A program made the position numbers and the translations under genes. The notes under the pieces are model-generated. The model saw nothing but the letters and a program-made list of their open reading frames with translations, was not told where the DNA came from and did not search any database. Of a stretch of DNA of 32,000 bases, positions 9,379 through 16,513 are shown piece by piece. Every line of letters begins with the position of its first letter. Within the stretch, counting starts at the first letter, position 1. This DNA comes from Dickeya solani IPO 2222 (GTDB lineage: Bacteria; Pseudomonadota; Gammaproteobacteria; Enterobacterales; Enterobacteriaceae): NCBI RefSeq assembly GCF_001644705.1, contig NZ_CP015137.1, forward strand, positions 3,510,001-3,542,000. The letters are read 5' to 3'.

Positions 9379-9555
9379 ACGTGTATCTGTTGCCATATTA
9401 TGAAATGAAGTGAACGCGATTAGTTGGTTCTTTTTCCATCACTTCCTTAATGTTTTTTTAATTTTTTTAAAATACGATATTCATACAGATAACTGAAAAT
9501 ACGGATAATTGGTTAACTATCTAATTTTTATTAGCTTTTAAACGGCATAAAACAC

Positions 9556-9582
9556 TAAACATTCCTATAGTTTTGACGATGA
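9556..9582 (+). promoter_or_regulatory. sigma-28 (FliA)-like promoter upstream of the chemoreceptor gene
   Basis: TAAACATT-N11-GACGATGA compared with the consensus TAAAGTTT-N11-GCCGATAA matches 12 of 16 positions with correct TAAA-N15 spacing. It lies about 125 nt upstream of the start codon. Chemoreceptor genes are class III flagellar genes in E. coli. Confidence 0.3.
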
Positions 9583-9708
9583 CAGAGCATGGTGCTTTAT
9601 TGAATGTAAATGTGCAGCAATGTTTCTTACAAAACGAGAGACTTTCTCATCGCATAAATCAAAACAAGACTTACCTCCGCTACCAATAGCCCATTTATGG
9701 AGTCAATT

Positions 9709-11397
9709 ATGCAATTCCTAAAAAATATTGCCATCCGCACAGCCATGCTATGGGTGCTTGGCATCTTCTGTGTGTTATGGATTGCTGTTTCGGTCTACAC
9801 CATGTATTCGTTCCGAGCCATGAACGAAACCGCCAAAACCAGTGCGTTGCTGGTTAACAATATGAATTTGGTCAACACGGGTAACGACCAGTATTTCCGC
9901 ATGGTGACCCGACTGGCGCGGGCGATTGACTATCGTCAGAGCGGCGATAACCAGAAAGCGGACGAACAGCAAAAGTCATCACAGGCCGCGCTGGATTTAC
10001 TGAAATCCAACCTAGAAGCATTCAAGAAGATTGATCATGCCGGCATGTCGCCGGAATTGGTTGACGCGGTAATTCGCGACTGGGGCAATCTGATTACTCA
10101 GGGCGTTGAACCCATGTTCCAGCGCGCGGCGGATAAAAAGTTCGATGACTATGACAAGTTCGCCAAAGATATCGTGCCGGCCTTCAGCCGCCAGTTCAAT
10201 GTCTCTTTCACCAACTTTAATAAGGCGGGGTCGACGATGTTCGTCGATGCCGGTAGCCGACTGGAGAGTATCACTGGCATTGGCCAGAACATTTTACTGG
10301 CGGGGCTGATTGCCGGTTTAGTGATGCTGTTCCTGACCGACCGTTATCTGGTGGCTTATCTGGTGCGCCCGCTTAACGACCTGCGTGATCATTTCCAGGT
10401 CATTGCCAACGGCCGCCTGGGAAAACCGATTCTGGATTTCGGCAAAAACTGCGTGGGCCGGCTGTTCCCGCTGTTGCGCGATATGCAAACCAGTCTGGCT
10501 AATACGGTCAGCACGATTCGTACCAGTGCCGACTCCATTTATCAGGGGGTGTCGGAAATCGCTTCCGGTAACAACGACCTGGCGGCCCGCACCGAGTCAC
10601 AGGCAGCAGCGCTGGAAGAAAGCGCCGCCAGCATGGAACAGCTGACATCAACGGTAAAACAGAACGCTGAAAACGCCAGCCACGCCAGTCAACTGGCCCG
10701 TCAGGCCTCGACCACCGCCAGCAAGGGCGGGGAGTTGGTCGGTAATGTGGTGAAAACCATGGCGGAAATTTCCGGCAGCTCGAAGAAAATCGCCGAGATC
10801 ACCAGCGTGATCAACGGTATTGCTTTCCAGACCAATATTCTGGCGTTGAACGCGGCGGTGGAAGCGGCCCGCGCCGGTGAACAAGGGCGTGGCTTTGCAG
10901 TGGTGGCCGGTGAGGTAAGAAGCCTGGCGCAGCGCAGTGCGCAGGCGGCCAAAGAGATCGAGCATCTGATTGCCGAGTCGGTGCGCTGTGTGGATAACGG
11001 GTCGATGCTGGTGGCCGATGCGGGCAGCACCATGAGCGAAATCGTGACCGCCGTAACCAACGTCACCGACATTATGGCGGAAATCGCTACGGCGTCGGAT
11101 GAGCAGAGTAAAGGTATCGCCCAGGCCGGTCAGGCGATCACGGAAATGGATAGCGTGACTCAGCAGAACGCCGCGCTGGTGCAGGAAGCTTCTGCGGCAA
11201 CCCGCTCGCTGGAAGAGCAGTCGATGGTGCTGACCGAAGCGGTATCGGTGTTCCGGCTGACGGAAGAACAAGCGGGCGGTCTGCCGCCGAGACGTGAACG
11301 TCAGGCGCCGTCCAAAGCCGTGGCGGCTCCTGTCAAAGCTCTGCCAGCCGTTAAGACTGGCGGTAAGAATAGCAGCGATAACTGGGAAAAGTTCTGA
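9709..11397 (+). CDS. methyl-accepting chemotaxis protein (two-TM, four-helix-bundle-type periplasmic domain, HAMP, C-terminal NWEKF pentapeptide)
   Basis: The ORF has TM1 ([19 protein letters not shown]), a helical periplasmic segment of about 160 aa, TM2 ([15 protein letters not shown]), a HAMP domain and the highly conserved signalling hairpin [37 protein letters not shown]. It ends ...SSDNWEKF. I start it at ATG 9709, which has GGAG 6 nt upstream, rather than the track ATG at 9697. Confidence 0.9.
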   Translation: MQFLKNIAIRTAMLWVLGIFCVLWIAVSVYTMYSFRAMNETAKTSALLVNNMNLVNTGNDQYFRMVTRLARAIDYRQSGDNQKADEQQKSSQAALDLLKSNLEAFKKIDHAGMSPELVDAVIRDWGNLITQGVEPMFQRAADKKFDDYDKFAKDIVPAFSRQFNVSFTNFNKAGSTMFVDAGSRLESITGIGQNILLAGLIAGLVMLFLTDRYLVAYLVRPLNDLRDHFQVIANGRLGKPILDFGKNCVGRLFPLLRDMQTSLANTVSTIRTSADSIYQGVSEIASGNNDLAARTESQAAALEESAASMEQLTSTVKQNAENASHASQLARQASTTASKGGELVGNVVKTMAEISGSSKKIAEITSVINGIAFQTNILALNAAVEAARAGEQGRGFAVVAGEVRSLAQRSAQAAKEIEHLIAESVRCVDNGSMLVADAGSTMSEIVTAVTNVTDIMAEIATASDEQSKGIAQAGQAITEMDSVTQQNAALVQEASAATRSLEEQSMVLTEAVSVFRLTEEQAGGLPPRRERQAPSKAVAAPVKALPAVKTGGKNSSDNWEKF

Positions 11398-11414
11398 TGT
11401 AAATAAGGACTACC

Positions 11415-11432
11415 GGCGTCATGGATGACGCC
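11415..11432. terminator. weak hairpin between the convergent chemoreceptor gene and ybfE
   Basis: GGCGTCAT-GG-ATGACGCC is an 8-bp palindrome. The loop must open the inner pairs, and no clear T-run follows on either strand. Confidence 0.25.
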
Positions 11433-11440
11433 AGCGAGGT

Positions 11441-11722
11441 TCAGTTTTCTGGTTCTGCCAACTGCGCCAGCAGTATTTGTTCGATCAGTTCACTGCGGCT
11501 GATATTTTTCTGCTCAGCCAACGCATTCAAAATGTCTACCGCTTCACTATTAATTTTCAGCTCAACACGACGCAGACCTCGCACCCGGTCACGCCGCAGT
11601 TGATTGCGTTTATTGATCCGTAACTGCTCGTCACGGGTGAGCGGGTTGGTTTTGGGCCGCCCCGGACGACGCTCGTTCGCGAACAGATCCAGCGTGGTGC
11701 GATCCGTTTGTTCTTTTGCCAT
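11441..11722 (-). CDS. ybfE: YbfE-like small protein (the E. coli orthologue is LexA-regulated; CopG/RHH-like)
   Basis: MAKEQTDRTTLDLFANERRPGRPKTNPLTRDEQLRINKRNQLRRDRVRGLRRVELKINSEAV... matches E. coli YbfE from its first residue (ATG 11722). The track ORF extends 29 codons further to a TTG at 11809, so a longer product cannot be excluded. Confidence 0.8.
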   Translation of the reverse strand: MAKEQTDRTTLDLFANERRPGRPKTNPLTRDEQLRINKRNQLRRDRVRGLRRVELKINSEAVDILNALAEQKNISRSELIEQILLAQLAEPEN

Positions 11723-12010
11723 AGATAATGGTACTGCAAGAAATTCGGCCAAAACGCCGCTTTTGATCACCGGGATTCGAGCACCGGGGTAATCCGTCGC
11801 TTTCGGCAACTCAGGCCGCGTTTTGATGAAATGTGGTTAACGATGCAAGTGGCCAGACAGCCGTCCCTCAATACTGCGGGCGCCATGATACCCCAGCCGT
11901 TGCGGTGGCGACAACGGTTTACTGGGCCGTAACGCGCAATTAAACCACGGATTGACGCAGGTTGGCGCGGATGTCCGGCAGCGGAGATTCCGATGTCGCC
12001 TGAGGCGCTA

Positions 12011-12781
12011 TCAGTCAGCGGTCAGAAAACGGTGGATAGCACGCAGCACCGCTTCCGGTTTTTCCGCATGGACCCAGTGGCTGGCGCCGCTCACCACGTG
12101 CGCCCTGGCGGCAGGGAACTGACGCAGCAGCGCCTCGCGATAGCGATCGTCCAGATAAGGCGACTCGCTGCCGCGGATAAACAGGATCGGGCCAGGCCAG
12201 GCGGGCACCTCTTGCCAGCCAACGATGTGCTCGTACTGATCCCATAATACCGGCACGTTAAAGCGCCACTCTCCCTGCTGGAAAGACTTCAGCAAAAACT
12301 GGACGACGCCTTCTTCGCCCGGCAGGTAATCGCGCATGATTTCCGCCGCGTTGGAACGCTGATCCACACCGGCATCGCTGACGGCACGAATGGCGGCAAA
12401 CACCTTGTCGTGACGACGCAGCTGATAGTCCACCGGCGCGATATCAATCGCCACAATGCGTTCAATACGCCCGGCGAGCCCCTCGGTCAGCGCCATCGAC
12501 ACCTTTCCCCCCATGGAATGACCGATCAGGATCACGCGCTCCAGCCCCAGCTCATCGATCAGTTCGCGCACATCCTGCGCCATCGCCGGGTAGTTCATCT
12601 CCGGGGCGCGGGGCGACAGCCCGTGGTTGCGCAGGTCAATCTGCAGTGTATCGTGGTGTTTTTGCAGATCGCGGGCTAATACGCCAAGATTGTCCAGATT
12701 GCCAAACAGACCGTGAATAAGAATAACCGGTAACCGGTTCTGCGGGTGTTGCGCGTTTTGCCAGCGATAATTCAATTTCAT
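12011..12781 (-). CDS. ybfF: alpha/beta-hydrolase esterase YbfF
   Basis: MKLNYRWQNAQHPQNRLPVILIHGLFGNLDNLGVLARDL...GHSMGGKV (nucleophile elbow)...GASHWVHAEKPEAVLRAI is collinear with E. coli YbfF. The start is taken at the homologous M (12781). An in-frame ATG 4 codons upstream (12793) is an alternative. Confidence 0.87.
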   Translation of the reverse strand: MKLNYRWQNAQHPQNRLPVILIHGLFGNLDNLGVLARDLQKHHDTLQIDLRNHGLSPRAPEMNYPAMAQDVRELIDELGLERVILIGHSMGGKVSMALTEGLAGRIERIVAIDIAPVDYQLRRHDKVFAAIRAVSDAGVDQRSNAAEIMRDYLPGEEGVVQFLLKSFQQGEWRFNVPVLWDQYEHIVGWQEVPAWPGPILFIRGSESPYLDDRYREALLRQFPAARAHVVSGASHWVHAEKPEAVLRAIHRFLTAD

Positions 12782-12921
12782 GGTGAAGTTCATTCAGAGA
12801 GACAGTGGCTTAGGGTATCATGACTTTACCACGGCGCTCCGCCACAGGGTGAACTCTGTCGGGTGGTGTCCGCTGGAACAGGGGATGGAAAGCCGCGCTC
12901 ATGTAAAAGGGATGGATACGC

Positions 12922-12944
12922 AAATTCAGGATAATCCTGAATTT
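12922..12944. repeat. 23-bp perfect palindrome in the divergent ybfF/seqA control region
   Basis: AAATTCAGGAT-A-ATCCTGAATTT has 11-bp arms with no mismatches. It lies 94 bp upstream of the seqA ATG and 141 bp upstream of the ybfF ATG. Confidence 0.9.
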
Positions 12945-13037
12945 GGCGTCACTGGCGTCTGTCGCTGTTCGCGGGTTGCGCATAGCCTGTATAATTCCTG
13001 ATGATTGATTAAAGACATAAAACAGTACTGGATAAAA

Positions 13038-13574
13038 ATGAAAACTATTGAGGTCGACGACGAGCTTTACCGTTATATCGCCAGCCACACTCAGCACATC
13101 GGCGAGAGTGCATCGGATATTTTACGGCGGATGCTGAAATTCAGCAGCGCGCAGGCAGCAGCGGTGGCAACGCCGTCGCCGGCGCCGTCGACAACTGCTC
13201 AGCCCGCAGCCGCGCAGCCGTCACGTGACCGGGTAAGAACCGTGCGCGAGTTGCTGCTGTCGGACGAATATGCGGAGCAAAACAAGGCGGTCAATCGTTT
13301 TCTGATGGTACTGTCCACCCTGTATCGCCTGTCGCCGGAAGCGTTTTCGGCCGCGACCGAATCGCTGCATGGCCGCACCCGCGTCTATTTTGCCGCCGAC
13401 GAGCAGACGCTGTTGCTGCACGGCGCCCAGACTAAACCCCGGCACATCGACGACACGCCTTACTGGGTTATCACCAACACCAATACCGGTCGCAAACGCA
13501 GCATGGTCGAGTACATCATGCAGACGATGCAGTTCCCGTCGGAACTGACTGAGAAAGTTTGCGGCACTATTTAA
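13038..13574 (+). CDS. seqA: replication-initiation negative modulator SeqA
   Basis: [35 protein letters not shown]...[39 protein letters not shown] is the E. coli-like N- and C-terminus joined by an Ala/Pro-rich linker. The track ORF start (13005) is 11 codons too far upstream. Confidence 0.93.
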   Translation: MKTIEVDDELYRYIASHTQHIGESASDILRRMLKFSSAQAAAVATPSPAPSTTAQPAAAQPSRDRVRTVRELLLSDEYAEQNKAVNRFLMVLSTLYRLSPEAFSAATESLHGRTRVYFAADEQTLLLHGAQTKPRHIDDTPYWVITNTNTGRKRSMVEYIMQTMQFPSELTEKVCGTI

Positions 13575-13599
13575 ATCACTGCGTCAGGAAGAAACGCCA

Positions 13600-15243
13600 A
13601 TGGCTAATCACCCGAGAGCCGGACAACCTACCCGGCAAAGCGACCTGATTAATGTCGCACAGTTGACGTCCCAGTATTATGTGTTGCGCCCGGATGTGAC
13701 CAATCCGGCTCAGTCGGTTAAATTCGGCACCTCCGGGCATCGCGGTTGCGCTGCCCGCCACAGCTTCAACGAAGCCCATATTCTGGCGATTGCCCAGGCG
13801 ATTGCCGAAGAGCGCCGCCGTCAGGGCATTACCGGGCCGTGCTACGTGGGGAAAGACACCCATGCGTTGTCTGAGCCGGCGTTTATCTCGGTGCTGGAAG
13901 TGCTGACGGCCAACGGCGTTGACGTCATTGTCCAGCAGGATAACGGTTTTACCCCGACGCCGGCGGTGTCGAACGCGATTCTGGTACACAATCGTCAGGG
14001 CGGCGCGCTGGCGGACGGCATCGTGATTACTCCTTCCCATAATCCACCGGAAGATGGCGGCATCAAATACAACCCGCCCAACGGCGGCCCGGCGGACACC
14101 AACCTCACCAGCGTGATTGAGAAACGCGCCAACGCGCTGTTGGCGGATGAACTGCGCGATGTGAAACGCCAGTCGCTGGATAAGGCGCGCCAGAGCGGGC
14201 ACCTGCACGAACGCGATCTGGTCGAGCCGTATGTTGAGGCGCTGGGTGAAGTGGTGGACATGGCGGCGATTCAGCGTGCCGGTCTGAAACTCGGCGTCGA
14301 TCCGCTCGGCGGCTCCGGCATTGCCTATTGGCAGCGTATCGCCGAGCGCTACCAGCTGGATCTGACGCTGGTCAACGACGCCGTCGATCAGACATTCCGT
14401 TTCATGACGTTGGACCACGATGGCGTGATCCGCATGGACTGTTCGTCGGTATCGGCGATGGCCGGTCTGCTGGCGCTGCGCGACAAGTTCGATTTGGCCT
14501 TCGCCAATGACCCGGATTATGACCGTCACGGCATCGTCACCCCGGCCGGATTGATGAATCCGAACCATTATCTGGCGGTGGCTATCAACTACCTGTTCCG
14601 TCATCGCCCGCAGTGGAGCGACTCGGTGGCGGTCGGCAAAACGCTGGTTTCCAGCGCCATGATCGACCGTGTGGTGGCGGATCTCGGCCGTAAACTGGTG
14701 GAAGTGCCGGTCGGTTTCAAATGGTTTGTGGACGGCCTGTTCGACGGGACGCTGGGCTTCGGCGGCGAAGAGAGCGCCGGCGCGTCGTTCCTGCGTTTTG
14801 ACGGCAAGCCGTGGTCGACCGATAAAGACGGTATCATCTTGTGTCTGCTGGCGGCGGAAATCACCGCGGTGACCGGCCAAAACCCGCAGCAGCACTATGA
14901 TGCGCTGGCCGAGCGTTTTGGCGCGCCGAGCTACAACCGTTTGCAGGCACCAGCGACGCACGCGCAGAAAGCGGCGTTGTCCAAACTGTCGCCGGAAATG
15001 GTGTCCGCCAGCACGCTGGCCGGTGACCCGATCACCGCTCGACTGACCGCTGCGCCCGGTAATGGCGCGTCGATTGGCGGCCTGAAGGTGATGACCGACA
15101 ACGGTTGGTTTGCCGCGCGTCCGTCCGGCACGGAAGAGGCTTACAAGATTTACTGCGAAAGTTTCCTCGGCGCTGAACATCGCGAGAAAATCGAGAAAGA
15201 AGCGGTTGAGATTGTCAGCGCGGTGCTGAGCAGCGCGAAGTAA
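13600..15243 (+). CDS. pgm: phosphoglucomutase
   Basis: 547 aa beginning [29 protein letters not shown]...FGTSGHRG (active-site Ser loop)...[10 protein letters not shown]. It is collinear with E. coli Pgm and lies 25 nt downstream of seqA, as in the seqA-pgm operon. Confidence 0.97.
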   Translation: MANHPRAGQPTRQSDLINVAQLTSQYYVLRPDVTNPAQSVKFGTSGHRGCAARHSFNEAHILAIAQAIAEERRRQGITGPCYVGKDTHALSEPAFISVLEVLTANGVDVIVQQDNGFTPTPAVSNAILVHNRQGGALADGIVITPSHNPPEDGGIKYNPPNGGPADTNLTSVIEKRANALLADELRDVKRQSLDKARQSGHLHERDLVEPYVEALGEVVDMAAIQRAGLKLGVDPLGGSGIAYWQRIAERYQLDLTLVNDAVDQTFRFMTLDHDGVIRMDCSSVSAMAGLLALRDKFDLAFANDPDYDRHGIVTPAGLMNPNHYLAVAINYLFRHRPQWSDSVAVGKTLVSSAMIDRVVADLGRKLVEVPVGFKWFVDGLFDGTLGFGGEESAGASFLRFDGKPWSTDKDGIILCLLAAEITAVTGQNPQQHYDALAERFGAPSYNRLQAPATHAQKAALSKLSPEMVSASTLAGDPITARLTAAPGNGASIGGLKVMTDNGWFAARPSGTEEAYKIYCESFLGAEHREKIEKEAVEIVSAVLSSAK

Positions 15244-15267
15244 TCCGCAAGCCCCAGGCGAAACATC

Positions 15268-15294
15268 AGGCGCTGTGAATACAGCGCCTTTTTT
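15268..15294. terminator. intrinsic terminator after pgm (convergent with the EamA-type gene)
   Basis: AGGCGCTGT-GAAT-ACAGCGCCT followed by TTTTT. Confidence 0.85.
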
Positions 15295-15314
15295 GTGCTT
15301 AACTCGCCAGTCGT

Positions 15315-15743
15315 TTACCCCAACGCCACCAGCAATGCACCGGCGGAAATCATCGCGACGCCAACCCCGGCCAGCAGCGACACTTTTTCTCCCAGCAGCA
15401 GAGCCGCCAGGATCACCGCGAACACCACGCTAAGTTTGTCGATGGGCGCCACCTGCGCGACGTTGCCGCTTTTCAGCGCCATAAAATAAAACAGCCAGGA
15501 CAGCGCACCTGCCACACCGCTCAGCACGATGAACACCATCGCCTTGTGGTTGGCGAGTACGGTGCCGAACATTGATGTCTTGCCCTGCGCCACCACCACG
15601 CCGACCAGAAACAGCGCCATGATCACCGCACGAATGGCGGTGGCGGTATTAGCGTCCAACTGTTGCAGACCGATTTTGCCAAACAGCGCCACCAGCGCGG
15701 CGCACAACGCCGACAGCAAGGCGTAAAGTAACCAGCTACTCAT
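15315..15743 (-). CDS. half-size EamA/DMT-superfamily membrane protein, function unknown
   Basis: 142 aa, almost entirely hydrophobic helices (MSSWLLYALLSALCAALVALFGKIGLQQ...ISAGALLVALG). This resembles a single EamA repeat. Confidence 0.75.
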   Translation of the reverse strand: MSSWLLYALLSALCAALVALFGKIGLQQLDANTATAIRAVIMALFLVGVVVAQGKTSMFGTVLANHKAMVFIVLSGVAGALSWLFYFMALKSGNVAQVAPIDKLSVVFAVILAALLLGEKVSLLAGVGVAMISAGALLVALG

Positions 15744-15827
15744 TGATATTTTTCTCGCGGATAAAAATCAGGATGCTACGCCTGACGCGGGCAGGGCGCC
15801 AGCGACATGAATGATTAAAGGCACGCG

Positions 15828-16511
15828 TTAGGGCATAAACCGGTAGCCGATGGCGGTCTCGGTCAGAAAATGGCGCGGGCGGGCAGGGTCGTCTTCCAGT
15901 TTCTGACGCAGATGACCCATGTAGATACGCAGATAATGGCTGTGTTCCACCGCGTTAGGGCCCCAGACCTGATTGAGCAGTTGGCGCTGGGTCAGCACTT
16001 TGCCGGGGCTGGCGAGCAGGGTAGACAGCAGCCGGAATTCGATCGGCGTCAGATGCAGTTCCTGCTGGTCGCGCATGACCTGACGGTTGACCAGATCCAC
16101 GGTAACGTTTGAAAAGGTAATGATCGGGGTTTCCTGTTGGGGGGAACTGAAACGGCGCAACGCTACCCGTACCCGCGCCAGCAACTCGCCGATGCCGAAC
16201 GGTTTAGTGAGGTAATCATCGGCACCGGCATCCAGCGCGTTGATCTTGTCCTGCTCGTCGGTACGGGCGGACAGCACGATAACCGGAATCGCGCTCCACT
16301 GACGCAAATCCCGGATGTAATCAATGCCGTCGCCGTCGGGCAGACCCAGATCGAGAATAATCAGATCCGGTTTGCGGGTCGCCGCTTCGATCAATCCCCG
16401 TTGTAGCGTTTCGGCATCAAATACGCGGCAGCCTTCACCCTCCAGCGCGTTGCGGACAAAACGCCGGATCTCTTTTTCATCTTCTACGATCAGGATGTTG
16501 GTCTGTAACAG
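15828..16511 (-). CDS. kdpE: KdpE response regulator (OmpR family), with a non-canonical start codon
   Basis: The track ORF begins at an internal TTG (LIEAATRK). The frame is open upstream and encodes ..LQTNILIVEDEKEIRRFVRNALEGEGCRVFDAETLQRG, the conserved receiver-domain N-terminus. Between the upstream in-frame TGA and that TTG there is no ATG, GTG or TTG. The candidates are CTG 16511..16509 (GGAG 8 nt upstream) or CTG 16517..16515 (a CTGA overlap with the kdpD stop). Confidence 0.85.
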   Translation of the reverse strand: MLQTNILIVEDEKEIRRFVRNALEGEGCRVFDAETLQRGLIEAATRKPDLIILDLGLPDGDGIDYIRDLRQWSAIPVIVLSARTDEQDKINALDAGADDYLTKPFGIGELLARVRVALRRFSSPQQETPIITFSNVTVDLVNRQVMRDQQELHLTPIEFRLLSTLLASPGKVLTQRQLLNQVWGPNAVEHSHYLRIYMGHLRQKLEDDPARPRHFLTETAIGYRFMP

Positions 16512-16513
16512 GG

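Noticed and set aside
9468-9492. Alternative sigma-28-like motif TAAA-N13-ACAGATAA upstream of the chemoreceptor gene.
   Set aside because: The spacer is 13 nt instead of 15. The candidate at 9556-9582 has the correct spacing and an equal or better match.
11723-11900. An expected LexA (SOS) box upstream of ybfE, since the E. coli orthologue is LexA-regulated.
   Set aside because: I scanned both strands for CTG-N10-CAG and found no instance. The only CTG-containing candidates (tactgcaagaaattcgg and tactgcgggcgccatgat) lack the second half-site.
13576-15180. 534-aa ORF antisense to almost the whole of pgm. Similar long antisense ORFs are 20103..21749 (548 aa, opposite kdpB), 17231..18580 (449 aa, opposite kdpD), 4621..5679 (352 aa, opposite nagE), 26894..27754 (286 aa, opposite phr/ybgI) and 74..778 (opposite asnB).
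   Set aside because: In each case the opposite strand encodes a full-length, highly conserved protein. The antisense translations are Arg/Gly/His/Gln-rich low-complexity strings with no recognisable motifs. Long stop-free shadow frames are expected opposite GC3-rich genes.
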